Assembly (NCBI GenBank): GCA_002269645.1
Contig: NIVC01000273.1
Location: 124,001-188,000 of the forward strand
DNA: 64,000 nt
Source of the DNA: Macrostomum lignano
Lineage: Eukaryota
Direction: 5' to 3'
Below are positions 18,899-28,243 of this stretch, one piece after another. Position numbers and translations under genes: made by a program. Within the stretch, counting starts at the first letter, position 1. Each line of letters starts with the position of its first letter. The notes under the pieces are model-generated. The model was given only the letters and a program-made list of their open reading frames with translations, ran no database searches and was not told where the DNA came from.

Positions 18899-21800
18899 AT
18901 GGCCACCTCATCGAGTCAAGAGGACGAGCTGGTGGACCCAGCTGTCAGCCACGAATTTGGACCGAGTGGTAAGTTTTTTCATTCAATTGCTGGTTTTATG
19001 AACTCATGCATTTCTGTTTGTTGCATTCCTGTCTCTTAGCAACGGAATTATTTATATTTTTCTCGCCTACACAACAATTCCCTAATGGTTCCCAACAGGA
19101 TTAAGCCGGAGAACTCACAATAATGAGACATTTTTATTCCTCATTAGATGAATTGACAAAAATGCGAAAGCAGAACTCCATCTATTTCTTCAATAATAAC
19201 TCTTCAAATTATTTTTTTACACTTATACGTAGCTCGTATTGATTAATAAAAAATATTAAATCTAGAAATAAGGTAGTAGGATAAATAGTATACTCGTAAG
19301 TGTAAAAAAGGGCAATAAAATATTCGTCTTCCATAACTCCCAGAGACATTTCTCATCATTTCCACTTTCCATTAATATTTTAATACTATCTTCCCTTCTT
19401 CAATTGTAGGACCTTCATTCACCCTGGCGTTAAAAACCAGCGCTCACGAAGATGTTCTTCAAGTTCATCGATTTACACCTGTAGCTGCCACTGAAACATT
19501 CGAGTTTCTCGATTTCTGCAAAATTGCAGTACAGCAGTGTCTTGAAATTCGCTTCGACTCTTCGGATAATTGCTCTGTTAAAGCTCAGATCAAACTGAAT
19601 TTGCACATGGTCAGAGTGCAGGCGTCAGAAGCTGTCAAGGGGGAGGATAAATGGATGAGCACACAACTCGGATTGGTGGTAGATATACAGGAGTTTGATG
19701 ATTGGTGGAGACAGCAGTTTACAGAGCTGGAGCGCAAAGTCGATGTCTACAACACCAACGGTAGTGGCTGGATAATTGAAAAAATTAATTTTTTTGAACT
19801 TTACTCAGCTCTCATCGAACGAGTTTCCTACTACACGGGGCATGCTGCGGAATTTATTCTACCGACTCCACTTCTTCGGAAGAAGGCGGTTATTTGTCCT
19901 CCAAGCAATGGTGTAAATTGCTTCCTTTACGCATGCCTTGCTTTTCTACACAAGGAAGACAACAAAATCAGCGCAACGCGAGTCTTCCTACACTGACTGG
20001 CTGGATGAACTTAACATGAGTGGAATTGACTTGCCAATCAATGTCACCGACCTTTCCATTGTTGAGAGACTGAACCCGAGACTTTGCTTCACGGTTTTCA
20101 TCTGGGAGAAAGATAGCGCTCAAGTCATCCGCTTGCCTACTGCAGCTACAATTAAAGATCGAGAAGTTGTTCTACTCTTATTTATTCCACCATCAGAAGA
20201 CGAGGCCTCGGGTCATTGGTGTGCTGTTTCAAGCATCAACAGGCTTCTTAATAGCAAGGCAGCTCTGCATCGGCGGAAGTGGTGAGAGCGCTGCTTGCTG
20301 CCCTTTCATAGTGATGCAGCCTTCGAAGAGCACAGCCGAGCTCCTTGTCAACCTGGAGTGATCAACGTCAAGGAAGAGTTGCCGGATGAAAGGAATAATA
20401 TTCTCCGATTCTCATCATGGGAAAAAACAATTAGTCCGCCATTTGTTGTTTACGCCGACTTCGAAGCATTGAATGCTCCATGCCAAGAAGATTCGATTGC
20501 TGGTATAGCAACGAAGAAGTTAACTGAGCACATTGCTGTTGCTGCTGGCTACATCGTGCTGCACAGAGAAGGGATGACTGGTCTAGCGCCCAGAGGAGCG
20601 GATGATAAAGTGAGCACTTTTGTCAGCGACGATCCTAATAAGTGCATTTCCGATTTCCTGCAATCGCTGGAGAAGCTCGCTCGTGAAGTTTACGGCTGGA
20701 ACACGGAGTTCAGTCGACAAGCAGCGATAAGAACAGAGATGGCAGGGCGACAGTTCAGAGAAGCCACAGCTTGCTGCTATTGTGGAAGCGAATTCACGGA
20801 GGGTCAAATAAACATTGGGATCACGACCACCTCAGCGGAGAATTTCGGGGAGCTGCGTGTGCTGATTGTAATATGAAGGCCAGACTAAAGAGGTCTTTCC
20901 CTCCCGTCGTGTTCCACAATTTCAGGGGGTACGATCTCCATCTCATGATGTCATCCGCTTTGGGTCTGATGGAGGGTTGGAAAATCTCCGTCATCCCTCT
21001 GAATCCAGAGCAGTTTCTGTCGATGAAAATCGAATTTAAAATCGGCGAGTATGAGAGTGAGGGCAAGATCAAGCCCCTAAATTTTACTATTCAGTTCATT
21101 GATTCGAATCAATTTCTTAATGCCAGCCTCTCACAGGTCATCAAAAATTTACCAGAGGCTGAATGTCGTATCACTAGTCGCCTACGCAGCAGATTCCCAC
21201 TGCTATCATCCGAAGTGCTTTTCAGTAAGGGAGTTTTCCCGTATGACCATCTTAAAAATTCAGACGTGCTGAAGGATGCCGTGCTTCCCAGCCAAGAAAG
21301 CTTCTACAATGCTCTGACTAAGAGCCACTGCACCAACTCTGACTATGAGCATGCTCAACGCGCCTGGCGTGAATTTCAGGTTTCAAATCTAAAAGAGTAC
21401 ATGCTGTGCTACCTCGAGCTCGACATCAGGCAGTTGGCTGATATTTTTGAAAATTTTCGCAAGATCAGCATGCAAGAGGATGGCTTTGATCCAGTCCATT
21501 TTATTTCGACACCAGGCCTATCATTCGCTTCGGCATTGAAATCCATCAAGTCAGGGATTGAACTGATAACAGATGCGCAGATGTATTCGCTGTTTGAGCG
21601 CGGCATTCGCGGCGGCATGTCGTTTGTTAACATCCACAAAGTGCAGGCTACCTCAGCAGCGGGCGCCAGCACTGGTGTTGACAGCAATGAGGATGCTGAT
21701 GGTGGCACTCCTACTATTCATGCCGGCCTCACCGAGCTTCTTGCTGTGGATGCAAACAACCTGTATGGACAGGCGCTCACTATGAACTTACCAGTCGGAG

Positions 21801-22980
21801 GATTCCGTTGGCTGGACGATGATGAGCTGCTTTTGTGGACTGAAGATCGCATTCGAGGACTCAAGCTAACCGATCCACTCGCCTACCTCTTTGATGTTGA
21901 CCTTGAGTACCCCCCAGAGATTCACGAAACCACCGAAGACCTGCCATTTGCACCCGAAAAGGCTGCCCCGAATTTCAGGGAATTTCCTGCATACATGCAG
22001 CAGCTGTGGGAAAAGGTCGGTACGGAGAACTCCACCTATCATCCGACAGAGAAGCTGATGCTCACTTGTCACGATAAGCCTTCCTATGTGGTTTATTTTG
22101 CTATTTTGGCGTTCTACCTTAACCATGGAATGCGGGTTAGACGCATCAATCGCATGATTGAGTTTCACCGAGAGCCTCTCTTTGCTGCCTACGTCGAGAA
22201 AAATAGCCAGAAGCGGGCTGCAGCGAAAACCAACTTCGAAAAGGATTTCTACAAGTTAAAGAATAATGCGCTGTTCGGCAAAACTATGGAGAATGTGCGA
22301 AAGCGGCGTGATATTCGAGTCTGCACCAACGTGGAAAAGGTAAAGGTACTGCTTGCCAAGCCGACAATTACCAATTTTATCATAATTACTGATTCACTAA
22401 GCGTTTTGGAACTGCAAAAGACAAAATTAAAGCTCGATCGGCCTATTTTTATCGGGCAATGCGTCCTAGACTTTTCGAGAATGATTATGTACGAGCTGTT
22501 TTACGACAAACTGAAGCCCTGGATAGAGAACGATGGAGGTGTCATCAAGCTATGCGGTGGTGATACCGATTCTTTCTTTCTCTCAATCAGCAACATGAGC
22601 GTTCAGTCTAAAGTTCTACCGCTGTTGAAGTCGAAGCAGCTGCTCGACACTTCAAACTATCCTCAAGAGCACGCGCTATTCTCTAATGATTTAAAAGCGC
22701 GACTTGGCTGCATTAAGGATGAAGCAGCCGGTGCTCGCTTTGAGGAGTGGCTGCTCCTAAGGCCGAAGAGCCGGCTCACAATGACTACCTAAGGGTGTTC
22801 AATGAGCTCTGCAGCCATTCTGTCGTTGTTCATCGTATTGCCAGCATCCATCACCGACTGTACACTTTGCAGCAGCGGAAGTGTGCCTTAAGCATTTGGG
22901 AAGACAAGCGCGCTTGGCTGAGCCCTAACTATAGTCTCCCATTTGGTCACATTTGGCTGCTACAGCAGCAGCAGCAGCAG
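18899..22980 (+). pseudogene. polB: Maverick M2 protein-primed PolB: putative intron 18969-19409, one nonsense codon, ~3 frameshifts and a deletion; last codons displaced to 33962-34008
   Basis: GSGW (terminal-protein region), VVYADFE, CCYC...HWDHDHLSGEFRGAACADCN, FHNFRGYD, IDSNQF, KGVFPYD, DANNLYG, KLKNNALFGKT, GDTDS, EDKR...SLPFGH across ORFs 19601, 19938, 20295, 20771 and 22747. Confidence 0.92.
18969..19409 (+). other. Putative phase-1 spliceosomal intron in polB (441 bp)
   Basis: G|GTAAGT donor after a 23-codon ATG exon; pyrimidine tract plus TGTAG|G acceptor; the joined frame is open into PolB sequence; AT-rich interior. Confidence 0.6.
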
Positions 22981-23023
22981 CCCGCTACGTCAACGGACGT
23001 AGGCGGCCACAACAGCACCGTGG

Positions 23024-23094
23024 CCGCGGTCATGGGCATCGCCTCTACCCGGCGACCCGGATGGTCGGACAGCTACGACCGTGCCAAGATGCCC
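23024..23094 (+). ncRNA. Candidate HDV-like self-cleaving ribozyme
   Basis: P2 GGGCATC/GATGCCC; P3 GCC/GGC around a 7-nt loop; P4 ATGGTCG/CGACCGT; J4/2 GCCAA; P1 CCG(C)GGTC/GACCCGG; all in canonical double-pseudoknot order. Confidence 0.7.
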
Positions 23095-23233
23095 AACCCT
23101 AGGCAACCGCCTCCCCCGGTACGCGACTACGTCACGACCGCGGTGCGAGGCGACGATCACTTCCCGGTGTCCAGACATGTCATCATCGTCATCAGCCTCC
23201 TTTTCTGGCTGCAGTTTGCTCGCCCGGCTCGCA

Positions 23234-23260
23234 GGCGACATTGAACTAAACCCCGGGCCC
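23234..23260 (+). other. 2A-like ribosomal skipping motif GDIELNPGP
   Basis: Exact D(V/I)ExNPGP motif preceded by LLARLA. Confidence 0.85.
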
Positions 23261-25583
23261 GACTGCGACTGCTGCGGTCGCCCCATCAGAAGAGGCTCGA
23301 ATTTCCTCTCCTGCCAGTCCGGTCAGTGCCCCACCCGCTGCCACAAGCAACCATCTTGCAGCAGCATCCGCCGATACCAACAGAACCAACGCTGGCTCTG
23401 CCAACAACACGGCGGACCAGAGCGCACCCCCCGCAACCCGCCAACCGCGGAGGCAGCTACCCCCGGCAACTGCAGTGCCTGCTCGGGCCCAATCCGCTCC
23501 GGCACCACTCCGCTACGGTGCGCAACCGCCGGCTGCACGTCAACCTGCCACCGTACAACCAAATGCAGCAGCATCCCGCGCTTCAAGGGCTGCCCTCGCT
23601 GGCGCTGCCCCGTCCACACCCCACCTGCGGTGAGGTCCCTGGCCGGCCGCCCGATCGCGGATAGGCGCCCCGCGGATGCCGACCACCCCCGCCCGCCGAC
23701 TCAAGACTCCGGCTGCTGCAGCGGGTGCTACTCTCTCTTCCGCTCTAACCACCACCCCATCGCCTGCCGTCAGTGTAATGCTAAGTTCCACAAGAAATGC
23801 ACCCGTCTCACCAGGCTCGCGGCCGACCTGGCTGCCACCCAGGGTCACTGGACCTGCCCGGCCTGCACCTCAACATAGGCGGCACACGAAACGGCAGCCA
23901 CTAACCAGACCACGACTCAGGCCCGGACTTCCACCCAGCGCGCCTGCCTCCGCACCACGACCCGCCAGGAATCCCTGCTGATTCTTCAGTGGAATGCGGA
24001 CGGCATCTCAACCCGGGTCGCCGAGATGGCAAACTGCATCAACTCTCTCAAACCAGACCTGATTCTGATCCAGGAGTCCAAACTGCGCCCGCAGGACCCC
24101 ACCCCCTGCCTCCATGGTTACGCCGCGGTTCGGGTGGACCGCAAGCGGCCGGACGGCGGAGGTGGGCTGCTCACATTCATCCGGGACTGTCTCGCATTCG
24201 AACGCAAGCCGGTGACGACCTGCGAGCCAATCGAAGCCTGCCGCGTGCGTATCTTCCTGAGCTCCAAGAAATCCCTGGACGTGGACAACGTGTACGTCCC
24301 GCCTGTCCGTGGCGGCGAAGAACACGGCGAGGTACTCTGGTCGACCCTCCCAACGGACGCCGACCTGCTCGCCGGCGACTTCAACGCCCACTCGGCCATC
24401 TGGGACCAGATCCAACCGGCCGATGGTCGTGGCGACACCCTGCTGGACTGGGCCACCGAACATGGCCTGACGGTCGTGAACGACGGCTCACCAACCAGAA
24501 TTAACCGCGGTACAGGCGGCGAGAGCACGCCAGACGTATCGCTTTGCCGCAACGCTTGGCATCACCGCACCTCTTGGAGTACCCTCGACGACCTCGGCTC
24601 CGACCACCTCCCAATCGCCATCAACCTCCGCTGCACCACCGAAAATCTCCATCGTCAGACCAGGACTTTCTGGAGAAGCACCGGGGTGGACTGGACGGCG
24701 TTTGCCCAGGACGTCGACTCCCAAGTCGCCACCTTCAAAAGCATTGGCGTCTCATTCAAACAACGAGTCAGCCGCCTCACGGAGGCCATCATAGCATCGG
24801 CACACCGCCACGTGGGGAAAAAGTCCTCCAAACGTCCAGCCCGGCCCTGGCTCTCCCAGGAGGCTCGCGAGGCCATCCGCAAGCGCAATCGCCTCCGCAG
24901 AGACGTCAGTAACCGCCGCGCCGAATGGCTCCAAGCCTGTGCGGACGCCGCTACGCTCTCCCGCGAGAGCAAGGAGAAGAGCTGGCGGGAATTCCTGTGC
25001 GACACCGACCTATGCCAAGATGCCACCAAGGCCTGGCGCCTCGTCCGCAGCCTCAGCGGTACCCCGGGTGACAACGCCACTAAGGAGGCCCTGTCCGTCA
25101 GAGACAAAACCTACTGCGACGACGCGAGTAAGGCTGAGATCTTCATCAAGCACTACGCGGCGGTCAACCGTCTCCACTTCAACAAAGCCGACCGCGCCGT
25201 CAACCGCTCCGCTAAGTCTGCCGTACGCGCCTGCGACACCAACCAGGAGGCGGAAGAGTGCGCCCCATTCTTGGAACACGAGCTCGACGCGGCCATCAAG
25301 CAACAACGAGCCACTGGCGCCCCCGGCCCGGACGATGTCTCGCCGCGCTTCCTCAAGGCCTTGGGCCCCATCGCCAGAGCCGAGCTCCTCGCACTGTTCA
25401 ACCAGTTCCTCTCCAGGGGCATCGTGTCACAGCAGTGGAGAAACGCCACCATCATTCCGCTGCTCAAGAAGGGCAAGCCACCCGGCGACTTGGCTTCCTT
25501 CCGCCCGGTCAGCCTCACCTCCTGCGTTGTCAAGCTGCTGGAAAGCATGATGACCGCGCGCCTCACCTTCTTGGCTGAGTCCC

Positions 25584-25794
25584 CTTAACTTGACTTAGCT
25601 GCAGGGCTGTCCCGGAGGGGACACAGCGGGAAGGCGCGGGCGCCCATTCCGCTAGTCCCTGAACGGCCGACGCGTCGCTATGGACGGAGGGTTGGCGCCG
25701 CCCAGGGAGGTCCCCCAGTGTCGCCAGCAGCTATAGTGCTCTCTGGAAAGGAGAGTTCAGCCCTGCGGGTGGCCCGAAGGTAGCGCATGAGCTG
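25584..25794 (-). mobile_element. 211-bp antisense retroposon (5'-truncated LINE end or SINE) with 12-bp TSD
   Basis: TGGCTGAGTCCC at 25572-25583 and 25795-25806. Minus strand ends CTAAG-TCAAG-TTAAG. Excision restores FLAESRGWLSQQQAGFR. Confidence 0.85.
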
Positions 25795-27919
25795 TGGCTG
25801 AGTCCCGCGGCTGGCTCTCACAACAGCAGGCCGGCTTCCGCCGACTCCGCAGCTGCGAGGACCAAATTCTGTCAGCTGTCCAGAGCATCAGCGACGGCTT
25901 CCAGAACTCGCCCATGCTGCGCTCCATCATGGCGTTTCTCGATTTTAGTAAAGCCTATGACAAAGTCTGGATTGAGCGCCTACTCCTCACTCTCATCGAG
26001 AAAGGTGTACCAGGGATCTACGTCCGGTGGGTCCGCGCCTTTCTCAGCAACCGCCAAGCCCGCGTGTGCGTCAACGGCACCAACGGACGCTACCGCCGGC
26101 TTCGCCAAGGGCTCCCGCAGGGCTCAGTCATCACCCCGCTGCTTTTCATTCTGTTTCTGGACCCTGTGGTGTCGGCCATCCCGGCGCAATTTGACGCCCT
26201 GATGTACGCTGACGACATCGCCGTCCGCAGCCAGAGCAACGACGTCGCAACAGCTACACTCGTCCTCCAAGACGCGGTCGACTGCGTCGCGAACTGGAGC
26301 CGAGCCAACCACATGGTGCTGAACCCGACCAAAAGCGAATGCGCCCTGTTCACTACCGACCCGCATCAGGCCGCCCTCCAGCCCAGCATCTGCCTCAACG
26401 ACACTACCATCCCGTTCTGCAGCAGCCCTCGTTTCTTGGGCGTCTATCTCGACCGCACGCTTTCCTTTAGCAAACAGGTATCCGAAGTTTGCAGAACAGT
26501 CGGCAACCGCTGCCGTCTCCTAGCGTGCCTCGCTGCCAGGTCGTGGGGCTGGTCTAAAGACAGTCTCCTAACTACCTTCAAAGCAATGCAACTCAGCATC
26601 CTGCACTACGCGTCACCAGCATGGCAACCCTGGCTGGCAGACACTGCCATGTCTCATCTCCAACGCGCGCAGAACCAGGCACTCCGTATTGTCACAGGTC
26701 AGCTTCGCACAACCCCGGCTGAGGCACTCCACCTCGAGGCTGGAGTGTGCACCGTCGCTACCATGCGCGACCAACTCTGCCTCGCGGCTTACGAAAAAGC
26801 GCTGCGCCTCCCGGAGGACCACCCGCGCCACCGCGCGGCCGCGGCCCAGGTTCCGCACCGCACGGCCAGAAACAGCTGGCGCCACCGCGCCCAGCAACTT
26901 CTGGCAAGAATTCCGGGAAACCTGGGCCGCCGCGAAGCCCTCCCACCGCTCCCCCGCTGCCCTTGGATCCACCTGGCGGCGGGCTGGACCGTGACGCGCT
27001 TGCTGTCGACCGTCGCCGTCAGACCCAGGCAGGCTGCTCACCCGACGACGCAACAAGACAGCGCTGACTTAGCCAGGGACCAGGCGATATCATCCATCCG
27101 CACGGCGAACGCTGACCTGGTTCTTTACACGGACGGCTCCGCCGAAGGCGGCTGCTCCGAGGGGGGCGCAGCATGCGTGGTCACCCGCGGCGACCCTGCC
27201 ACCCCGCAGGTCGTCGACACCATCGCTGCCCGCGGCGCCTCGCCGACCTGCAGCTTTGACGAGGAGCGCCGCGCCCTCGGACTGTCCATGGCCTGGCTCA
27301 ACGACCATCAAGTCACCGGCCGGGTGTTGATCTGCTCCGACAGTCGCGCACTGCTCGACGCCCTCATGAGCATCGTGCCGAGATGCTCGCTCCCGGACTT
27401 GAACTGCCGGGTTGCCTCCCTCACTCTCCAGTGGATCCCAGCGCACTGCGGCATCCCTGGTAATGAGATGGCGGACGCAGCCGCCAAGAATGCCGCATCC
27501 ATCGCTGGCGCGTCAGCGAGCACCTCGTACAGCAGCGCGGTGGCAGCGGTCAGGCGCGAGATCGTCGACCCGCCCCTGACCCACGCCCGCACGATTTCCG
27601 TGTACCGCGCGCTCAACCGGCAACGCGACCGCGCCGAACTTCAGAATCGTCAGGATGCCGTCCTCCTGGCGAGGCTCCGCGCGGGCCACTGCAGCCTTCT
27701 CCGCGCGTACAGTCGCATCGTCAACCCGACGGCGGACCCCATTTGCCCACGCCGCGAGGAGGGCCCGGAAGACCTCGAGCACTGGCTCGGTTGCCCGGCC
27801 CTCCGGAGGCTCCGCCTCGAGCTGTTCGACGAGGACACCCTGGACCCCGGGATTCTGACCGTCGCCCCCGCGAGGTCGGTGGCGCTTGCGAGGCGAAGCC
27901 TCTGACTCCCTCGGCGCCT

Positions 27920-28010
27920 TTGCCCCAACAACAACAACAACAACAGCAGCAGCAGCAGCAGCAGCGACGACGACGACGACAACAACAACAACAACAACAG
28001 CAACAGCAGG
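27920..28010. repeat. Compound (CAA)(CAG)(GAC) microsatellite between non-LTR elements 1 and 2
   Basis: Directly visible. Confidence 0.95.
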
Positions 28011-28045
28011 CTCGAGGAAACGACCCCGAGGGGACTGAAATCTGT

Positions 28046-28120
28046 CCCGGCGCGATCCGTCGGACCTCCACGAGGTGCGCCCTGGGCCCTACCACTTCCA
28101 TGGTGGGGCACGAACACGAC
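28046..28120 (+). ncRNA. Candidate HDV-like ribozyme (element 2)
   Basis: P3 ACC/GGT with loop TCCACGA; P1 GGCGC/GCGCC; GG for P1.1; 9-bp P4 GCCCTACCA/TGGTGGGGC; J4/2 ACGAA; P2 GTCGG/C(A)CGAC. The first two P1 positions do not pair canonically. Confidence 0.55.
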
Positions 28121-28216
28121 CGAATCCACATTGCTGTTGACTGGGCTGTCAAGGAGAAAGAAACAACGGGCGAGCTGGACCCGTGGGACTCGACGTGGAA
28201 TAGACTCCCACGCAGC

Positions 28217-28243
28217 GGGGACGTCGAGGCAAACCCGGGGCCG
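28217..28243 (+). other. 2A-like ribosomal skipping motif GDVEANPGP
   Basis: Exact D(V/I)ExNPGP motif. Confidence 0.85.

Larger units (their letters stand above)
22981..27945 (+). mobile_element. Ingi-like (I-group) non-LTR retrotransposon 1: 2A-3xPHD-APE-RT-RNase H-Zn finger, (CAA)n tail
   Basis: One reading frame from ATG 23177 to TGA 27905, broken by TAG 23876-23878 and a 211-bp insertion. Motifs QWNADG, IQES, GDFN, SDH, QAGFR, DFSKAYD, PQGS, YADD, YTDGS, WIPAHCGIPGNEMAD. Confidence 0.92.

Noticed and set aside
20283-20285. In-frame TGA in polB as selenocysteine
   Set aside because: The gene has several other lesions; a TGT/TGC-to-TGA mutation is sufficient.
23876-23878. Programmed readthrough of the TAG between the PHD array and APE
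   Set aside because: No typical readthrough context, and element 2 has no stop at the equivalent place; a CAG-to-TAG mutation is simpler.
25584-25794. Ribozyme in the 211-bp insert (GCTAA motif near its 3' end)
   Set aside because: I could not build P1/P3/L3 in HDV order, and there is no hammerhead CUGANGA/GAAA core.
27743-28099. N-terminal 119 codons of the 619-aa ORF, including polyQ/R
   Set aside because: The frame starts inside element 1 and crosses the microsatellite; ATG 28100 is the more plausible start.
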